Shown here: in pieces, positions 58,526 to 64,000 of the stretch
Layout: every line of letters starts with the position of its first letter
Position numbering within the stretch: position 1 is the first letter of the stretch
Assembly (NCBI GenBank): GCA_036383775.1
Contig: DASVNP010000467.1
Span: 5,243-69,242 of the forward strand
Origin: Paraburkholderia sp.
GTDB lineage: Bacteria > Pseudomonadota > Gammaproteobacteria > Burkholderiales > Burkholderiaceae
DNA length: 64,000 nt
Direction: 5' to 3'
Translations under genes and position numbers: made by a program
The notes under the pieces: generated by a model
What the model was told of the DNA's origin: nothing
The model's input: the letters and a program-made list of their open reading frames with translations, nothing else
The model's database searches: none

Positions 58526-58681
58526 GGCATTCTCCGACTGCAAATACGCACGGCACACGTTCACACAGAGGCCCAGTTTGTTCGGTAGGCAAAAAGGTTC
58601 CCACCTTCGGGATCATTTGCAGTTGTGCGTCACATGGGTGAAACGGAAGCATTTTCGTATCAACCATCTTCAAGGATTTTG

Positions 58682-59080
58682 CTAGACCGGAATCTGCATC
58701 GGATCCATGTATTCCCGAATGGACGACACCTTCTTGTCACGAATCCGAATCAGGAAATGGTACCTATTGCGATACAGTCGGCCATCATGCCACTCGCCTT
58801 CTGCTTCCAACTCAACGGCGACTCGATCTCCTTCCGCAGTGAGGCCAAGAACTCGGTGCTCCATCCCGTGCGGCAATACCCGATGCATATTGCTCATCAT
58901 CCGACGCGTTCGTGCAGCATCCTTGTGGCCTGCGACCTTGACGCGCTCAGGGTCGCCGATGACCCACCAGGTTGCATCATCGGTGAGCAACAAGCTCGCG
59001 TCCTGCATTTTCATTTCGAAGGCAAGTGCAAGAAAGCGAAGTGCTGTTTGTTTGTTTGCATCAAGCTCATTGCTGGGCAT
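58682..59080 (-). CDS. NTF2/SnoaL-like (ketosteroid-isomerase-like) protein
   Basis: LLTDDATWW, TAEGDRVAVE, YRNRYHF, IREYMDP. Confidence 0.87.
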   Translation of the reverse strand: MPSNELDANKQTALRFLALAFEMKMQDASLLLTDDATWWVIGDPERVKVAGHKDAARTRRMMSNMHRVLPHGMEHRVLGLTAEGDRVAVELEAEGEWHDGRLYRNRYHFLIRIRDKKVSSIREYMDPMQIPV

Positions 59081-59146
59081 GTTGTCCTCCGCTCGCAGAT
59101 GCGTGTATGGGTTTCGGTGGACGGTATACGCGGATGACATAACCAT

Positions 59147-59938
59147 TCAGTCGAAGCTGCCACGTTGCTTTCCCAATGCGGCCTCAATCCCCTTGCGAAA
59201 GTCGTCGGTGGCGGCGCAGTGAGCAATCGCGGTCGCTTCCTCCGACAATTGGTCGTTGAAACTTCGGTAGGCGGCACGGTTGAGAAGGGCCTTTGTTTTG
59301 GCCATGGCGGTGGCCGGGCCTGCGGCTAGGCGCCGTACCAGCTTTTGGGTCACGTCCTGTAGCTCCGGCTCATTTACCACTTGGGTGACGATGCCTAAAT
59401 CCATGGCCTGCCTTGCGTCAAGCCGCTCGCCGAGTAGCGCGAGCCGCTTCGCGGCCTTTATGCCCATCGCTGCCGTAAGCATTCCACTCAGGCCGCAGTC
59501 CAACGACAAACCAACGAGCACGTGCGCGGCAATGAAGTACGTGCTCTCGGCGCTGATGACGAAATCGGCCGCCAGGCAAAGCGATAGCCCCGCGCCGGCG
59601 ACCGCGCCACGCGTGGCAACGACGATCGGTTTGGGCGAATCCAGTAGCACCTTGGGCAGTCGGTTGCCGACCAAAAGCTTTTGTTCGAACGCATCGAACC
59701 GCCTTTCCGACGAAAGGTGGAGAAACTCGCTGAAGCCTTTCACGTCTCCACCAGCGCAAAAGGCTTCGCCTTCTGCCTGAATTACAATGCATTTGACCAC
59801 TGGGTCGGCGCTCGCCAAACGGACTTTTTGAATCAGATCGCCCGTGAGTTCGGGGTTTAAGGCATTGCGTGCCTCTGGCCGATCCAATGTGATGGTTGCG
59901 ATCCGTTCGTTGACAGCAAACTTGACGTATTCGAGCAT
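59147..59938 (-). CDS. Enoyl-CoA hydratase/isomerase (PaaG-like)
   Basis: LDRPEARNAL, FCAGGDV, AGAGLSLCLAAD, VGLSLDCG (Asp-type active site). Confidence 0.88.
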   Translation of the reverse strand: MLEYVKFAVNERIATITLDRPEARNALNPELTGDLIQKVRLASADPVVKCIVIQAEGEAFCAGGDVKGFSEFLHLSSERRFDAFEQKLLVGNRLPKVLLDSPKPIVVATRGAVAGAGLSLCLAADFVISAESTYFIAAHVLVGLSLDCGLSGMLTAAMGIKAAKRLALLGERLDARQAMDLGIVTQVVNEPELQDVTQKLVRRLAAGPATAMAKTKALLNRAAYRSFNDQLSEEATAIAHCAATDDFRKGIEAALGKQRGSFD

Positions 59939-60059
59939 GTTCAGTTCCTCTTTCGAACCGGAATATCCGGCGACAACGGCACCGGTCACGACTGTGTCGA
60001 AGGTCTTGTTGTAGCCGTTGTTCTGTTCATCAGTAGCGTGCGGTCGCGACTAATCGAAA

Positions 60060-60917
60060 TCACGCTGCATCAACTTCGGCGCGCCCATTGTTGAGCACGA
60101 CAACATCTCGCTCGGCCACACGCGACCGGAAGCTGAAGATTTCACCGTCTCGCCAAATTTCGGTGACGACTGTCTCCCCGGGGTAAACAGGCGCGGAGAA
60201 ACGCAATTGCATAGCGCGTAGCCGTTCGGGGCGGTTGTCACAGCATGTCTGCAAAATGGCCCGCGTGGCGACACCGAACGAGCACAGTCCGTGCAGGATG
60301 GGCCGCTCGAAACCGGCCTTCCTGGCTAGTTCAGGGTCCGCATGAATCGGGTTGTAGTCACCCGACAGGCGGTAGATAAGGGCCGCTTGGGGCAGCGTTT
60401 CGACGGTACATTCAAAATCTGCCGGACGCTCCGGGATCGAGTGGACCGGCGCTGCGTTGGCAATGGTGCTCCCGCACCCCCCGTCCCCGCGCAAGACATA
60501 TGTGGAGGTGACTGTGCTGACTATCTCCTCGTGATCCTTCTCGCGAAGCTGTTTTTCGAGGTACAGCATGGCACCCTTGCCGGCACCCTTATCAATGACG
60601 CCGCTGATCCGATAAGAGCCGACGTAAGTCTTCCCAGGCTCGAGAGGGCGGTGAATCGTGAATGACTGTTCGCCGTGCAAAATCTTGACCCAATCCACCT
60701 CCAACTCAGGTTCCTTGAGCCAGGCCCCTGGATGGCTGATTACGTTAACCATGGAAGGGAACACTTTCAGCCCATCCTCGTAGGTGAACTGCAGATGATT
60801 CCTGTCGGCCGGCGCTGCACCGACACCTATGCCGAGCGAATAGAGAATGCAATCCTGCGGGCTAATGTGCTGGGCAATAGGCGAAAACCGCTTGGCAAGT
60901 AATCTTTCGAGGTTCAT
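60060..60917 (-). CDS. MaoC-family (R)-specific enoyl-CoA hydratase, double hotdog
   Basis: ILYSLGIG, LHGEQ, hydratase-2 motif YRLSGDYNPIHADP...PILHGLC. Confidence 0.92.
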   Translation of the reverse strand: MNLERLLAKRFSPIAQHISPQDCILYSLGIGVGAAPADRNHLQFTYEDGLKVFPSMVNVISHPGAWLKEPELEVDWVKILHGEQSFTIHRPLEPGKTYVGSYRISGVIDKGAGKGAMLYLEKQLREKDHEEIVSTVTSTYVLRGDGGCGSTIANAAPVHSIPERPADFECTVETLPQAALIYRLSGDYNPIHADPELARKAGFERPILHGLCSFGVATRAILQTCCDNRPERLRAMQLRFSAPVYPGETVVTEIWRDGEIFSFRSRVAERDVVVLNNGRAEVDAA

Positions 60918-60938
60918 AGGTCACTGTCCTTCCAGAGT

Positions 60939-61853
60939 TCAGACCGGATCCCAGGTGAATACGTCGCGTGACCGGTCCAGCGGAGAGAACGATCCACGCA
61001 GCATCGGAATAGCGCGCTCGACACAGCTGTCGACGGTCCATCCATCGCTGGCGTGCGCAGTTCGGATGGGGCGAGGCTGCGAGAACAGATAGATTTCGTT
61101 GCTGCGCACCCCGAATATCTGACCTGTGACGTCCTTTGTGCCGTCCGTCAGGAGGGCGCAGGCGAACGGGGCGATCTTGGCCGCTTCCATGCGCATGTTG
61201 ATCTTTGTGCGTTCGATACCCTCCGGGGTGTCGGTGGGAATGGTTCCTACCATACGAGTGAATGCGAACGGGGCGATGCAGTTGGAGCGAACGTTGAAGC
61301 GCTGCATGTCCAGTGCGATTGCCTTGGACATGCCGACGATGCCCATTTTCGCTGCGCAATAGTTGACCTGACCGAAATTTCCGATCAAACCAGACGTGGA
61401 GGTCATGTGTACGAATGCGCCGCCCTCTTGAGCCTTGAAATGCGGGGCGGCGGCACGTGACATGTTCCAGCTGCCTTTCAGATGTACGCGGATCACCGCA
61501 TCAAAATCATCCTCGCTCATCTTGTGGAAGATGATGTCACGAAGGTTGCCCGCGTTGTTCACAATGCCATCGATACGTCCATATAGGTCTACGGCTTGTT
61601 GGACGATTGACTGTGCCGCGTCCCACTCGGCCACACTATCTGTGTTGGCGGTCGCGATGCCGCCAGATTTTTGAATCTCCTCGACCGTCTGCTGCGCCGG
61701 GCCGGTGTTGCTTCCCGAGCCGTCGATGTTGACGCCGAGATCGTTGACGATGACGCTTGCGCCCTGACGAGCTGCTTCAAGGGCAATGCATTTGCCAACG
61801 CCAGCCCCGGCGCCCGTGACGATGATGACTTTTCCTTCCAGAAGGCGTTCCAT
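60939..61853 (-). CDS. SDR, (R)-3-hydroxyacyl-CoA dehydrogenase-like
   Basis: TGAGAGVG, VNDLG, NNAGNLRD, GNFGQVNYCAAK. Confidence 0.9.
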   Translation of the reverse strand: MERLLEGKVIIVTGAGAGVGKCIALEAARQGASVIVNDLGVNIDGSGSNTGPAQQTVEEIQKSGGIATANTDSVAEWDAAQSIVQQAVDLYGRIDGIVNNAGNLRDIIFHKMSEDDFDAVIRVHLKGSWNMSRAAAPHFKAQEGGAFVHMTSTSGLIGNFGQVNYCAAKMGIVGMSKAIALDMQRFNVRSNCIAPFAFTRMVGTIPTDTPEGIERTKINMRMEAAKIAPFACALLTDGTKDVTGQIFGVRSNEIYLFSQPRPIRTAHASDGWTVDSCVERAIPMLRGSFSPLDRSRDVFTWDPV

Positions 61854-61937
61854 AGGAAGATGCTCTCGACTTTAAGTTGCGGTTAGGCGGAACGTCCCCT
61901 AGTCAGGGAACGTTTTGAGAAATATCATGCATGACTA

Positions 61938-61955
61938 TAGTATGCAACAATACTA
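61938..61955. promoter_or_regulatory. Palindromic operator in the divergent promoter region
   Basis: TAGTAT-GCAACA-ATACTA, with partial copies immediately downstream (AGTATGCAAC) and near 62204 (TGCAACCATACTA). Confidence 0.55.
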
Positions 61956-62403
61956 AGTATGCAACGCGGCCTTGAACGGCGTCAACTGTGAAATTCCCGT
62001 TGATTCGTCGCACCGGTTCGATGCGGCGCCGCGGCAACGGAAACCGGCCGTAGATTGCGGTGGAAGATTACTCGTGCTTCGCAACGGGCGCCGCCCTTAA
62101 GCATTCTTCTCAAGCCGTAGCCAGCTGTCCCGTTTGCACAGTGGACTACGTTGTACGCATCGGCCATCGACATTGCACAAATCTTAAACGCTTGCATATC
62201 GTCTGCAACCATACTATAGTTGTTTGTGTCATCGCACGGCCGGTCCCATGTGCCTTTGGTTCGGGTTGCGCGCTCCCGTCCGTATCGAGCGACCGGTGCA
62301 ATCCTAGGGTGCGAGTGTCTGCCAAGAAAGAGAGCTTGGTTTAGGGGCGATTTGGCGACGACATTTGTCGGGACATCACAGCGGAGCGGCAAGGAGTTCG
62401 ATC

Positions 62404-63561
62404 GTGAACAACATGCGATATATCGAGGCGATTGATCGAGGAAGTTTGCAGGTCGAGGGGCGCACTTCGAGCGGGGCGCCCGTGACGTGTCGGGTTATCA
62501 ATCGCGTGGCGATCATTACGCTCAATCGGCCTTCGGCGCTCAATACGCTGTCGCCGAAGACGGTGCGTGAGTTGACGTTGTTGATAGAGCGCTGTGGAGT
62601 CGACAGAGGCATCGCGGCGGTCATCATGACGGGGAAGGACGATGTGTTTTGCGCGGGTTTAGATCTTCGAACCTTGTATCTAGGCGCCATGGCAGGCGAC
62701 AAGACGTGGCGTCGGCTTGTTGCCGACGAATACCGGCTTATCTTCGCCTTCCAACAACTCAAGAAGCCGCTAGTGGTGGTGATGGACGGCCTTGCGACAG
62801 GGGCGGGCATTGGGCTGGCGCAGTGCGCGTCGCTGCGAGTTGTCAGTGAAAGAAGCCGGATTCAGGTACTTGGGCCCCGCATTGGCTTCGTTCCGGATGG
62901 AGGCGCCACATGGTTTCTGAACAAGCTGCCCGTCGAGTTGATGTTATACATCGGTCTGACATCCGCAACGATAACCGGCGCCGATGCGATCAGCTGCGGT
63001 CTGGCTGACGCTTATGCGTCGAGTTCATCCCTTCGGGGATTTGAAAAACGTTTAAATCTGCTGGACGCAAGCGATCTTCGGCAAAGCTTAAGAGAGGTGT
63101 TCGTGTCTCCATCGGATGTCGCTCCTACCGCCTCTCTGGCGAGTCTCCTTCCGTTGATTCGCGAACACTTTGCTGCTCATTTCTCGCTTGAGAGGTGCAT
63201 TGAATCGCTCTCGAGAGGGCTGACTTGCGAGTTGGACCCGGCGAAACGTGACTGGTTTCAAGCGACGCTTGATGCCCTCCGGGCACATTCTCCGCTGATG
63301 CTGAACGTGATGCGCGAAGCTTTGCTGCGCGGACGGCAAATGACGCCTGCCGCCAACTACCGTATGGAGTTCGACCTGGCGATGCGGGCAATAGAGGTAG
63401 GGGATTTTTGCGAGGGGGTTAGGGCGCATGTAATTGACGGTGACAACGCTCCGCGCTGGATATTCCCTACTCTCGAAGACGTCAATTCGGCTGTTTTCGA
63501 CAAGTTCTTTTCGCCGTGGACATGCTGCGCGCCACATCCGCTCGCGGCGCTCGCGGCATGA
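62404..63561 (+). CDS. 3-hydroxyisobutyryl-CoA hydrolase-like crotonase family protein
   Basis: LNRPSALNTL, FCAGLDL, IGFVPDGG, GDFCEGVRAHVIDGDNAPRW; RBS AAGGAG before a GTG start. Confidence 0.85.
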   Translation: MNNMRYIEAIDRGSLQVEGRTSSGAPVTCRVINRVAIITLNRPSALNTLSPKTVRELTLLIERCGVDRGIAAVIMTGKDDVFCAGLDLRTLYLGAMAGDKTWRRLVADEYRLIFAFQQLKKPLVVVMDGLATGAGIGLAQCASLRVVSERSRIQVLGPRIGFVPDGGATWFLNKLPVELMLYIGLTSATITGADAISCGLADAYASSSSLRGFEKRLNLLDASDLRQSLREVFVSPSDVAPTASLASLLPLIREHFAAHFSLERCIESLSRGLTCELDPAKRDWFQATLDALRAHSPLMLNVMREALLRGRQMTPAANYRMEFDLAMRAIEVGDFCEGVRAHVIDGDNAPRWIFPTLEDVNSAVFDKFFSPWTCCAPHPLAALAA

Positions 63562-63649
63562 GAGAACGACCGTCGGGGGCGGACGCTCGTCCATCTTTTC
63601 GGCAGGCGCGACCAAACTGATTTGAAGAAGTCATTGAATGGAATGAGAA

Positions 63650-64000
63650 ATGAAAATACTGGTGGCGGTCAAGAGGGTCGTTGACTACAACGTCAAGGTC
63701 CGAGTCAAGTCGGACGGCACGGGCGTCGACATTTCGAACGTGAAAATGTCGATGAATCCGTTCGATGAAATTGCTGTGGAAGAAGCGGTTCGTTTGAGGG
63801 AAGCAGGCATTGCAACGGAAGTGGTTGCAGTGTCAGCAGGGGAGGCGCAATCGCAGGAAACGCTGCGCACGGCCCTCGCGATCGGCGCGGACCGCGCGAT
63901 TCTGATCGAGGCCCAAGAAGAGCTACAGCCGCTAGCCGTTGCCAAACTGTTGAAGGCGTTGGTGGACAAGGAGCAGCCGCAACTCATCATCCTCGGCAAA
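63650..64000 (+). CDS. etfB: Electron transfer flavoprotein beta subunit (runs off the window end)
   Basis: [49 protein letters not shown]...QLIILGK; absent from the ORF track because it has no stop in the window. Confidence 0.95.
   Translation, partial: MKILVAVKRVVDYNVKVRVKSDGTGVDISNVKMSMNPFDEIAVEEAVRLREAGIATEVVAVSAGEAQSQETLRTALAIGADRAILIEAQEELQPLAVAKLLKALVDKEQPQLIILGK

Noticed and set aside
25863-64000. Complete Tn3 transposon or IS6 composite transposon
   Set aside because: I found no partner IR, resolvase or second IS6 copy in the window.
1-64000. CRISPR array, tRNA or rRNA genes
   Set aside because: No regularly spaced repeats or recognisable structural RNA genes were seen by eye; short ncRNAs or riboswitches cannot be excluded without an Infernal/Rfam scan.

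Overview
GC-rich accessory region that looks like Burkholderiaceae (Paraburkholderia-like) DNA. It is a catabolic island with CoA-dependent beta-oxidation genes, a CoxSLM-type molybdenum hydroxylase operon, an HpsN/HpsO-like diol-oxidation cluster next to a halohydrin-dehalogenase-like SDR, and a beta-amino-acid transaminase/thioesterase/BKACE operon. It also carries redox/detoxification genes and many TetR/MarR/LacI/HxlR regulators. Mobile-element remnants interrupt it: IS1182, ISKra4, an intact IS6, Tn3, a TnsB-like fragment, IS66 and a RIT end. The most striking structure is a group II twintron. An apparently intact RmInt1-like class D intron (4397-6262) sits right after the YADD codons of a class E intron reverse transcriptase, and its predicted exon-binding sites are complementary to the Y-A-D-D codons, so it appears specialised to invade other RT genes at their catalytic motif. 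Other candidates for undescribed biology are a beta-aryl-amino-acid to aroyl-CoA pathway, a halohydrin-dehalogenase-like protein lacking the catalytic Tyr, two dispersed operator-defined regulons, and a chemoreceptor with a probably cytoplasmic Cache domain. All family assignments come from motif recognition by eye; no database search was run. No rRNA, tRNA or CRISPR array was seen.
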